A stretch of DNA of 64,000 nt from Abditibacterium sp. GTDB lineage: Bacteria; Armatimonadota; Abditibacteriia; Abditibacteriales; Abditibacteriaceae. Both the position numbers and the translations under genes were made by a program. The stretch's first letter is position 1. Each line of letters begins with the position of its first letter. Location of the stretch: positions 2,816,001 through 2,880,000 of the forward strand of contig OZ251992.1 of assembly GCA_965246885.1 (NCBI GenBank). Direction: 5' to 3'. The notes beneath the pieces are model-generated. The model did not search any database, was not told the DNA's origin, and saw only the letters and a program-made list of their open reading frames with translations. Of this stretch, positions 56,206 to 64,000 are shown piece by piece.

Positions 56206-57078
56206 ATGACAACACAACTTCCCCCCGGCTGGACGCTGTCGGCGTTTTCCGACGAAGCAGGAACGACACTGGATGCCCAAATTGAGGCGGCTAAGCGCGC
56301 TCAGTTGAAGTTCGTGGACTTGCGCTCGCTCGACGGGCACAACATCGCCGCGTTCCCTCTTGAAGATGCGCCCACCGCCAAAGCCAAGCTCGACGCGGCG
56401 GGGCTCAGGGTGCAAATGTTTGGCTCGCCTATTGGCAAAACCGACATAGCGGACGACTTCGCCCCAGAACTCGAAAAGCTGCGCCACCTCGCGCGTCTTG
56501 CGCCGGTCTTCGATTGCACGGCGATACGCATCTTTTCGTTTTACAACGCGCACGGCGCGGCCAAAGCCGAATGGGAAGCCATCGCCCTCGACCGTCTGGC
56601 CCAACTGCGCGACGAAGCGCAGGCGCTGGGATTGGTGCTTTATCACGAGAACGAGCGGCACATCTTCGGCGACTTGGGCGCCGATGTTCTCAAAATCGCG
56701 GAGTTGCGCGACGCCCACTTCCGCACCATCTTCGACTTCGACAACTACAACCAAAGCGGCGAAGACGTGTGGGCGGTCTGGGAACGCCTGCGCGATGCGA
56801 CGGACGCGATTCACCTGAAGGACTCAACGACAGAGAATCAGCACGTGCCGGTGGGGATGGGCAACGGCCAAGTCGAGCGCATCTTACGAGACGCCGCCAC
56901 TCGCGGCTGGCGTGGCCCGCTCGCGGTCGAGCCGCATCTCACTCATTCGGGCGCCGTCGCCCTGACTGGCCCCGGCGGAACGCCGGACGAAGTGTACTCG
57001 GACATGGCGCCCGCCGATTCGTTCCACCTCGCCGTCGAAGCCGCGCAAACGTTACTGGCGCGCATGGTCGCGGCCTAA
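56206..57078 (+). CDS. Sugar phosphate isomerase/epimerase (xylose isomerase-like TIM barrel)
   Basis: SAFSDEA, GSPIGK, IRIFSFY, HENE, HLKD, EPHL. Confidence 0.85.
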   Translation: MTTQLPPGWTLSAFSDEAGTTLDAQIEAAKRAQLKFVDLRSLDGHNIAAFPLEDAPTAKAKLDAAGLRVQMFGSPIGKTDIADDFAPELEKLRHLARLAPVFDCTAIRIFSFYNAHGAAKAEWEAIALDRLAQLRDEAQALGLVLYHENERHIFGDLGADVLKIAELRDAHFRTIFDFDNYNQSGEDVWAVWERLRDATDAIHLKDSTTENQHVPVGMGNGQVERILRDAATRGWRGPLAVEPHLTHSGAVALTGPGGTPDEVYSDMAPADSFHLAVEAAQTLLARMVAA

Positions 57079-57092
57079 CGGGAGGCGCCCGG

Positions 57093-58808
57093 TTACAGCT
57101 TTTGGGCGAATCTGGCGGCGCGCTCGGCGGCCAGTTCGGTCGCGTTGTCACCGATGTTGACGCCCTTGGCGCGCAGTGCGTCTTGGAGTTCGCCGACTTT
57201 TTGCGAGTCGGCGACGAAGTCGTGCGGGGAGATAGCGTCCTGCGCGCACATGGCGGCGCACAACCCCGCCGCTTGGCCCGCCGCCATCGTGACGGGAATC
57301 ACGCGCGCCGCGCCCGCCGCCATCCACGTTGCGGACAAGGAGCGCGACGCCACGAACAATCCATCCACCCGCTTGGGGATAAGCGCCGACAGCGGCATGG
57401 TGAACACCCAAGGGTGCGTCGCAGAGGGCGGCTCGCCGCGTTTGTAGGGGTGCAGGTCAATGGAGTATGAGCACAGTGCGATGCGGTCGGGGAAGACAGT
57501 TGAGTCTTTCACGTCCTTAGTGGTGAGGGTAGTCAGCCCCGATATGTGGCGCGTTTCGCGGATGTATAGTTCTGGCGCCGCGCTCAGCAGTTGCGCTCGC
57601 TCGAAGCCGGGCATCCGCCCGCGCAAAAAGGGCACCAAATACTTCAATTCCTCGACCGCTTCTTTGCGGCCCGCGACGCGCGACTCCTTTTCCAAGCCGT
57701 TGACGCCCAAGATATTGAGCGTGTTGAGCACGACCTCATTGCGTGTGGCTTGGCCGAAGTTGATGCTCATCACTTCGATGTTCGGCCCGTGCGGGCGGTA
57801 GCCCTTGACGATATCGCCGCGCTCCCACGCGTATGAGCCGACGCCCCCGCCCAAAAGAATGACGATTTGGTCGCCGCGCAGTTTGGCGTCGCTCGACTTG
57901 AGGATCGTCGGCTTGAGCGCGAGGGCAACGGCCAGAGGCAAGCGGCGCAGTTTGTGGGTGTAGGCGCGCACTTCATCCCAGTTCACGGGGCCGATGCGAA
58001 AAAACAACCCCGCCGATTGCATCGCGCGGTCGGCGTTGGCTTGCTCGCGGCCCAAAGTGAAGCCGCTTCCGGCAGTCGCCGCTACGTCGCCGTCGTTGCT
58101 CGCGTCCACCCACGCCGGGGCATTGAGGCGCACCCACTTTCCGTTCTGATGGAGCAACACGCTGCGCAAGCGCCCGTTGTCGAGGTTGAGATGCTCAATG
58201 CTCGTGCTCGTCATCACGCGGATGTTCGGCTCGGCGGCGATTTTCTGCTCGACCAAAACGCGCGCCCGTTCGGGAGCGAAGGCGAGGCCCAGCTTATGAT
58301 AGAACTCGCCAAAGATGCCGTAGTCAATGTCCGAGCGCGCGGAGTGGATGCCTTGAACGGGCACGTCGAACTGGTTAATCCAAGCGTAGGTGAGGTCGCC
58401 GCCAAGCAAGGGGCGCGGCTCGACAAGCACGACCTTGGCGCCCGCGCGCGCCGCCGCAATCGCCGCCGCGACGCCCGACGGCGTGCCACCCAAAACCGCG
58501 ACATCGCAGTTGTCAACGACCGCCACCCGTTCCGCCTCCGCGATGCGCGGGTTGGGCGGCGGGAGGGTGCCAACGAGGGGAGTTTTTTCTTCCCGGCGGC
58601 TCCACGCGACTAAGCAGGTAGCGGACAGTACGGCGACGGCGCCCGCGACCATGCTGACCCGGATCATCTGGCGGCGACGGCGAAGCGCGCGGTTGCGCGC
58701 TTTGGCCGCCGGGGACAAGGAGCGCGGCGCGGCACCGGAAGCAGAGCCGGATTGGACGCGATTTTGCGGCGAGGGCGAAGAAGAGGACGCGGGGCGGCGG
58801 GAGGACAT
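57093..58808 (-). CDS. Membrane-anchored FAD-dependent oxidoreductase
   Basis: DVAVLGGTPSGVAAAIAAARAG, VDASNDGD, LYIRETRHI, YSIDLH, GQAAG; start uncertain. Confidence 0.85.
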   Translation of the reverse strand: MSSRRPASSSSPSPQNRVQSGSASGAAPRSLSPAAKARNRALRRRRQMIRVSMVAGAVAVLSATCLVAWSRREEKTPLVGTLPPPNPRIAEAERVAVVDNCDVAVLGGTPSGVAAAIAAARAGAKVVLVEPRPLLGGDLTYAWINQFDVPVQGIHSARSDIDYGIFGEFYHKLGLAFAPERARVLVEQKIAAEPNIRVMTSTSIEHLNLDNGRLRSVLLHQNGKWVRLNAPAWVDASNDGDVAATAGSGFTLGREQANADRAMQSAGLFFRIGPVNWDEVRAYTHKLRRLPLAVALALKPTILKSSDAKLRGDQIVILLGGGVGSYAWERGDIVKGYRPHGPNIEVMSINFGQATRNEVVLNTLNILGVNGLEKESRVAGRKEAVEELKYLVPFLRGRMPGFERAQLLSAAPELYIRETRHISGLTTLTTKDVKDSTVFPDRIALCSYSIDLHPYKRGEPPSATHPWVFTMPLSALIPKRVDGLFVASRSLSATWMAAGAARVIPVTMAAGQAAGLCAAMCAQDAISPHDFVADSQKVGELQDALRAKGVNIGDNATELAAERAARFAQKL

Positions 58809-58928
58809 CGAAAAGGGCGCACAAAGCGCGCGGAACATATTAGCAATTTTTAGAGTGTGCGGAGCGAAGGGAGTGGCAAGAAAAGCCACTTTCTTCTGTC
58901 TACCCGGTTTGCTCGTCCTCTTCCTACC

Positions 58929-59267
58929 ATGTTTGAACTCGATCATACCGCCGTTCCGTCCCGTGACATCACCGCGAGCGTCGCTTTTTACGTCGAGAGT
59001 TTCGGCGCCACCGTTCTTTACCAAGATGCGACGTGGGCCTTTCTCAAGTTGGGCGCGGGCAAACTCGCGCTCGTTACTCCCACACAGCACCCGCCTCACA
59101 CCGCGCTTCGCGTGGACGAATCGACACTCTCCGCCGCTGCACAACGGGCGGGCAAAGCCGTAGACAGCCACCGCGACGGCACCAAGGGCATTTATATCTC
59201 CGACCCCGACGGCAACGCCGTCGAACTTATTTGCTACCCGCCCGGTGAAACGCTCTACGAAAAGTAA
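58929..59267 (+). CDS. VOC/glyoxalase family protein
   Basis: LDHTAV...DI..SVAFY, YISDPDGNAVEL. Confidence 0.88.
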   Translation: MFELDHTAVPSRDITASVAFYVESFGATVLYQDATWAFLKLGAGKLALVTPTQHPPHTALRVDESTLSAAAQRAGKAVDSHRDGTKGIYISDPDGNAVELICYPPGETLYEK

Positions 59268-59279
59268 AGCGCGCCCGGT

Positions 59280-59747
59280 TCAACCCTTCCACTTGGCGCG
59301 GCTTTGTTCGAGAAACTGCGCGAACTCGTCGGGAGCACCGTAGCCCTCAAAGCGGGCAACGGGCTGGCCGTTGGCGTTGATAAGGAACTGGTCGGGAAAC
59401 GCTTGCACGCCGTAGGAGCCAAGCAGGTCAGTGCGGGCGTCGCCGTCCACTTTGACGGGAATTAGGCCGCGCGTTTGGGCCTGCACGCGCGCGTCGCGCC
59501 ACGTGGTGACGTCCATTTTTTTGCAATAAGTGCAATTCTTGGACTCGAACACAACCAAAACGGGCTTATGCTGCTCGCGCGCGGCGCGTAATGCGGATTC
59601 AAAGCCGGTCTGCCACGCGATTTGGCCCTTGGCCACCTGAACGCGCACCGGCGCTTCGGGGCGCCCACTCAAGGCGGCAAAGGCGACGGCGCCCACGAGT
59701 GTCCAAACGAATAAAGTCGGCAAAATCCAGCGTTTCATGGCGTTCAT
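59280..59747 (-). CDS. Exported thioredoxin-fold protein
   Basis: Signal/TM; KPVLVVF...CTYCKKM; FP cis-Pro loop. Confidence 0.85.
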   Translation of the reverse strand: MNAMKRWILPTLFVWTLVGAVAFAALSGRPEAPVRVQVAKGQIAWQTGFESALRAAREQHKPVLVVFESKNCTYCKKMDVTTWRDARVQAQTRGLIPVKVDGDARTDLLGSYGVQAFPDQFLINANGQPVARFEGYGAPDEFAQFLEQSRAKWKG

Positions 59748-60248
59748 TCAACGAGGCGCCGCCCCACCCGTTCCCGCCGCCAATACAAGGGCCGCGTGTC
59801 CTTCGGGAGACACATCCTCCCACACGCGGCGCAGGGTGCCCTCGACATCTACGAGGAACGTCGTGCGGCGCACCTTAGTAACGGGCTTGCCATACATTTG
59901 TGCGTTGGTAATCAAGCCGTGCGCTCCGAGCCACGCGCCACCTTTGTCGCTGAGAAGCGGAAACGGCAACGCTTGGGCGCCGCAAAAGCGCGCGTGCGAG
60001 CCGAGCGTATCGCGCGACACGCCCAACACTTCCACCCCAAGCGCCCGGAACTGCGCGTAAAGCGTGGCGAATTCGCGCGCTTCGAGGGTGCAACCGGAAG
60101 TCGCGTCTTTGGGGTAGACCCACAACACGAACGGCACCCCGCGCAGAGTTTCGTTGGAGACGCTCCCCTCGACTTTCTGCCCATTGCGGAGCGCGACGCA
60201 GGGGAACTCGAACGCGGGGAAAGGGGCGCCCGCTTGGAAGTGCTCCAC
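59748..60248 (-). CDS. bcp: Peroxiredoxin Q (Bcp)
   Basis: YPKDATSGCTLEA, GVSRD...SH..F, RTTFLVD..G. Confidence 0.88.
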   Translation of the reverse strand: MEHFQAGAPFPAFEFPCVALRNGQKVEGSVSNETLRGVPFVLWVYPKDATSGCTLEAREFATLYAQFRALGVEVLGVSRDTLGSHARFCGAQALPFPLLSDKGGAWLGAHGLITNAQMYGKPVTKVRRTTFLVDVEGTLRRVWEDVSPEGHAALVLAAGTGGAAPR

Positions 60249-61631
60249 TTAGGCGCCAAGTCCTTTGGTCTTCTTTTTCGGCGCCGGGTAAACGGTGGGG
60301 CGACCGATGGAGTGATAAGTAAATCCCTTGTCGTGCATGGTTTCTAATTCATACACGTTGCGCCCATCGAAGATGATCGGCTCGCGCAGCATCTCGCGCA
60401 GGAAGGGGAAGTCCGGCTCGCGGAACTTGGGCCACTCGGTCACGATGATGAGCGCGTCGGCGCCCTCGCACACGTCGTAGTGGCGCTTCCCGAAGCGCAG
60501 CTTGTCGCCGAACTGCGCGCCGTGATGCTTCTCGACGGCTTCCATCGCTTCGGGGTCGTAGGCTACAATGGTCGCACCTCGCGCCACGAGTTCCTCAATG
60601 AGCACCAAAGCGGGCGCTTCGCGGATGTCGTCGGTGTTGGGCTTGAACGCCAAACCCCACATCGCCAACGTTTTGCCGCTCAAATCGCCGCCAAAGTGCG
60701 CTTCGATGCGCGGCAACAGCGTCTTCTTTTGGCGCTGATTGATGGCTTCGGTCGCTTCGAGCAACGACTGCGGCGCGCCGAATTCGCGCCCCGTAGCGAC
60801 CAAAGCCTGCACGTCCTTGGGAAAGCAGGAGCCGCCGTAGCCGGTGCCCGCGAACAAAAAGCGCTTGCCGATGCGGGAATCGAGACCCACGCCCAAGCGC
60901 ACTTTGTCCACGTCGGCGCCGCAGCGTTCGCACAGCGTGGCGATGTCGTTCATGAAGCTGATGCGCAGCGCGAGCATGGAGTTGGCGGCGTATTTCGTGA
61001 GTTCCGCCGAACGCGCGTCCATAACGAGCAAGGGGTTGCCGCTCATCAGGAACGGGTGGTAGAGGTCGCGCATTAAACGTTCGGCGCGGTGCGGGTCGGT
61101 CGAGCCGTCGTTGATGCCAATCACCACGCGCTCCGGCTTGAGGAAGTCGTCAACGGCCACGCCTTCGCGCAGGAATTCGGGGTTGGACACGACATCGAAC
61201 TCGCCTTTGGCGTGCTCCGAGACCGCCGCGCGCACTTTGTCGGCGGTGCCAACGGGCACGGTGGACTTGGTGACGACGACTTTGTAGCCCGAATCGCGCG
61301 TGAGCAGTTTGCCGATGTCGTGCGAAGCGCCCAACACGTATTTGAGGTCGGCGGCGCCATCGGCACCGGGCGGCGTGGGAAGCGCGAGGAAGATAATCTC
61401 GGCGTCTTTGATGGCACCCGCGAGGTCGTGGGTGAACAAGAGGCGCTCTTCGCGGCTGTTGCGCTTGAACAAGTGTTCCAGCCCCGGCTCGTAGATGGGC
61501 AGTTCGCCCGCGCGCAAGCGTTCGAGCTTTTCGAGGTTGACATCCACGCAAGTCACGTCGTTGCCCGCCTCGGCGAAGCAAACGCCCGCGACAAGGCCGA
61601 CATATCCGGTTCCAATGACAGCTAATTTCAT
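60249..61631 (-). CDS. ugd: UDP-glucose 6-dehydrogenase
   Basis: GTGYVGL, KSTVPVGT, SNPEFLREG, GYGGSCFPKD, AFKPNTDDIRE. Confidence 0.93.
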   Translation of the reverse strand: MKLAVIGTGYVGLVAGVCFAEAGNDVTCVDVNLEKLERLRAGELPIYEPGLEHLFKRNSREERLLFTHDLAGAIKDAEIIFLALPTPPGADGAADLKYVLGASHDIGKLLTRDSGYKVVVTKSTVPVGTADKVRAAVSEHAKGEFDVVSNPEFLREGVAVDDFLKPERVVIGINDGSTDPHRAERLMRDLYHPFLMSGNPLLVMDARSAELTKYAANSMLALRISFMNDIATLCERCGADVDKVRLGVGLDSRIGKRFLFAGTGYGGSCFPKDVQALVATGREFGAPQSLLEATEAINQRQKKTLLPRIEAHFGGDLSGKTLAMWGLAFKPNTDDIREAPALVLIEELVARGATIVAYDPEAMEAVEKHHGAQFGDKLRFGKRHYDVCEGADALIIVTEWPKFREPDFPFLREMLREPIIFDGRNVYELETMHDKGFTYHSIGRPTVYPAPKKKTKGLGA

Positions 61632-61726
61632 ACGAAAGCTTCGGGCGCCGCCCGAAGAGATGCACGCAGTATGAACCCGTTTGGCCTTTGACCGCCGCCC
61701 CAAACGCCTATGCACCCCTCATAGCG

Positions 61727-62029
61727 TCATTTGCCAGCTACACCTTGGCGCCAGAAGTAGAAGTACTTCACGCCGTTAATGGTCGCGTTGGCGCCCGTCT
61801 AGTCGGCAATGTCGCAGGTGTGCTTCATCCACTTGGTGTGAGCGTCAGCGAAAAGATAGTTCGCGCCTTCGAGATGGTGCTGAGTGAGTCCGAGCGTGGC
61901 ATCGTATGACGCAGCAGAATTAGTCGGGTCGGCGGTGCCGGAGCCTTGCTGCAAGTAGGCGTCAGAAAGAGGGAACACTGGGTCTGAGGTACCAACTCGT
62001 TCGGGAACGGCGATAGTCTCTGTTTGCAC
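61727..62029 (-). pseudogene. Orphan 3' part of a DUF1559/H-X9-DG gene with an internal stop
   Basis: HLEGANYLFADAHTKW...DIAD*TGANATINGVKYFYFWRQGVAGK*; no prepilin N-terminus. Confidence 0.75.
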
Positions 62030-62042
62030 CGAGTTTTCTAAA

Positions 62043-63146
62043 CTACTTAATGCGCCATAGCGCTATGGTGCCGTCTTTATAACCACTTGAAAGCGTGTTG
62101 CCGTCGGGCGACCACGCGAGTGCGGTGACTGACCCGTTATGCAGTGTTAGCGTTCTTTGCTTCTTTCCTGTAATCCTATTCCACACCATAACTGCACCAG
62201 CATCGTTTCCACTTGCAAGCGTTTGTGAATTAGGCGAAATTGCAAGCTCTGTCAACGATTGCCGTGTATCAATAGTCTTGGTAATTTGGCCAGTCTTCAC
62301 GTTCCAGAAGCAGATGACACTACTCCTGACGCTAAATCGCTGATGTACGCTTATAATCATCTGTAAGTTGGGTGAGAGGGCAACGGTATTGACGCTATTC
62401 TCTGGAGCTGCAGAAGTAAAATTAAACTGTCGCACCATTTTCCCACTTTGCAGACTCCAGAGTTTTAGCAAACCACCCCGCAGACCCACTACGACCATGC
62501 TATTATCAGCCGAGAACCTCAGCACTTGCACTTTATCAGAGTTTTTAACCAAAAGCGTCGGATGCCGGACGTTCGTCAAGCGCCACAGAGACCAAGAGCC
62601 GTAATCGCTGCCCCCACCTGCACCGCAACCGTCTGCCGCCGCCGCTAATACGTCCCCCTGAGGCGAAAACTCGATATTCCCTAACGGGCAATCAGGATTC
62701 ATCCACAAGCGTTTCCCGTTTTTGGCGTCCCGTAGTTCCAGATAATAATCTGGCGAGTAAAGACCATGATGCTGATTATCATCGATATTACCGCCCGCGA
62801 CGGCAGCAATCCGATAGTCAGGCGAGAAAGAAGCACCATCCTTCGAGTAGGCCAACTGCTGCTCCAAAGCGAAAGAATGAGCGTTTATCAGAAGCGTTTG
62901 TTCGTCCTGATCCTGTTTCCACCCGGTTGCCGTGAGGTGCTGGCCGTTCTTTGAAAAGGCGAGACGTAGAACCGCGCTGCCGAAAAGTTTACGGGAGCGT
63001 GGTCGCCAAGATACCTGCGCAACTAATAACCATGTCAAGAGGGCGAGCATCGTTGAAAGCAAGACTCCTTTTTTGCAAGTTGAGATGATGTGTCTTTTCA
63101 TGCGGGCATCCTTCGCAGGTAAATTAGCAGAGTCATTTGATGACAA
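62043..63146 (-). CDS. Membrane-anchored WD40 repeat protein, lower GC
   Basis: Repeated FSP.G..LA / ISPNSQTLASG / WSPDGNTLSSG..DG.I.LW blades. Confidence 0.85.
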   Translation of the reverse strand: MSSNDSANLPAKDARMKRHIISTCKKGVLLSTMLALLTWLLVAQVSWRPRSRKLFGSAVLRLAFSKNGQHLTATGWKQDQDEQTLLINAHSFALEQQLAYSKDGASFSPDYRIAAVAGGNIDDNQHHGLYSPDYYLELRDAKNGKRLWMNPDCPLGNIEFSPQGDVLAAAADGCGAGGGSDYGSWSLWRLTNVRHPTLLVKNSDKVQVLRFSADNSMVVVGLRGGLLKLWSLQSGKMVRQFNFTSAAPENSVNTVALSPNLQMIISVHQRFSVRSSVICFWNVKTGQITKTIDTRQSLTELAISPNSQTLASGNDAGAVMVWNRITGKKQRTLTLHNGSVTALAWSPDGNTLSSGYKDGTIALWRIK

Positions 63147-63168
63147 TGTTGATATACCTATGAATTAG

Positions 63169-64000
63169 TCATTTCAGAGGCCCAATGTAAATGCCCTGCT
63201 CCTTCCACCATGCAATAACGGTGGTGGAGGTGGGGGAACTAACCGGAGCATCAAAAGGCTGAGATGAAGGATTAGAACCGTAAGTTTGAGGAAGATCGTT
63301 TGGAAGTCTCTGGCCCCACAGGTGGGGTTGTCGATCTCCAACGCCCCATAATCGGCACAGATCCCAACCGAAACCTGTCATGTAAGAACCCGTACGTAGC
63401 CACCCTTTTCCGGGAGCTTGCCCGATTTGCATGAAGCGCGTCAGACGCACATCGCCGGATACATCATGCCCTTTGATTGGTGCGCCAAATGCGGCAGCAA
63501 ATTCGCCCCCATCCGTGATGGATGAAGTCCTCATCATGGAAAGACGCTTGCGCGATTTCACGGTGCTGCCCGTGTTTTGTATCCAGTAATGAAGCCGCAC
63601 CTGATCACCAGAGCTATAAGTCATGCGATCTCCATAAAAAACGCGAATTGGGCGATCTGGCTTTCCACCATTCTTGCCTGGAAGCGCAGAGCCTTCAGGA
63701 TGCATTTCAAGGTATGGACGCCATCTGCCATTGCTCCCAGGCCCGTAGATCAAACCAAAGTCAGCGTTACCAACTCGGTCTTTTCTAGTGGAACTTGTAT
63801 TGAGGGGATCGTTGTCGCTGTTGATGCAGGCAAACGCGTTTTCAGAGGTTTTTATGGCTCGACGTTTCGGGTCTACAAAATTCTTGATGTTGCCTGTTAT
63901 GACGGTGTTGCCGAGTATGACGTCGCAGGAGGCTTCACGGTATCCTGGCCCAGTAGTCGTCCCATGATAAGGGCCACCGGAGAGAAAACGGGGGAACTGC
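63169..64000 (-). CDS. Hypothetical protein, 5' end beyond the window, lower GC
   Basis: The 63169-63753 frame stays open to the window edge (QFPRFLSGGPYHGTTTGPGY...ADFGLIYGPG). Confidence 0.65.
   Translation of the reverse strand, partial: QFPRFLSGGPYHGTTTGPGYREASCDVILGNTVITGNIKNFVDPKRRAIKTSENAFACINSDNDPLNTSSTRKDRVGNADFGLIYGPGSNGRWRPYLEMHPEGSALPGKNGGKPDRPIRVFYGDRMTYSSGDQVRLHYWIQNTGSTVKSRKRLSMMRTSSITDGGEFAAAFGAPIKGHDVSGDVRLTRFMQIGQAPGKGWLRTGSYMTGFGWDLCRLWGVGDRQPHLWGQRLPNDLPQTYGSNPSSQPFDAPVSSPTSTTVIAWWKEQGIYIGPLK

Noticed and set aside
61799..61801. TAG as a recoded (pyrrolysine/readthrough) codon
   Set aside because: TAG terminates ordinary genes in this window (e.g. proS, Uma2), and the fragment also lacks its N-terminus; a pseudogene is the simpler explanation.

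Overview
GC-rich bacterial chromosomal window. The DUF1559/prepilin genes of the '[19 protein letters not shown]' type suggest Armatimonadota/Abditibacteriota (inference only). It is mostly housekeeping genes: dusB, a fabH-MTase-fabD-fabG-acpP-fabF-rnc cluster, cysH, proS, dcd, icd, msrA, purK, pepD, a PhoR-like kinase, bcp and ugd, plus many secreted or membrane hypotheticals. I found no rRNA, tRNA, CRISPR array, transposase or integrase. The unusual signal lies mostly between genes. (1) Seven separate degenerate tandem arrays share an exact 21-nt period but have different consensus sequences; all sit at gene junctions and one is in frame with RNase III. (2) At least six families of long palindromic REP/MITE-like elements occur; two copies of one family bracket a 3-kb accessory segment. 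(3) There are three orphaned 3' gene ends: an 80-bp diverged copy of the icd 3' end flanking a one-gene islet, a DUF1559 tail with an internal stop, and a probable DNA-methylase tail. (4) A promoter- and terminator-bounded rod-like RNA candidate of about 195 nt may be 6S-like. (5) An APC permease-PP2C-Ser/Thr kinase-HEPN-like gene run and a receiver/Zn-ribbon response regulator are present. (6) A -10-like hexamer sits 6-11 nt before many start codons, suggesting leaderless mRNAs. All family assignments come from motif recognition by eye; no database searches were run.
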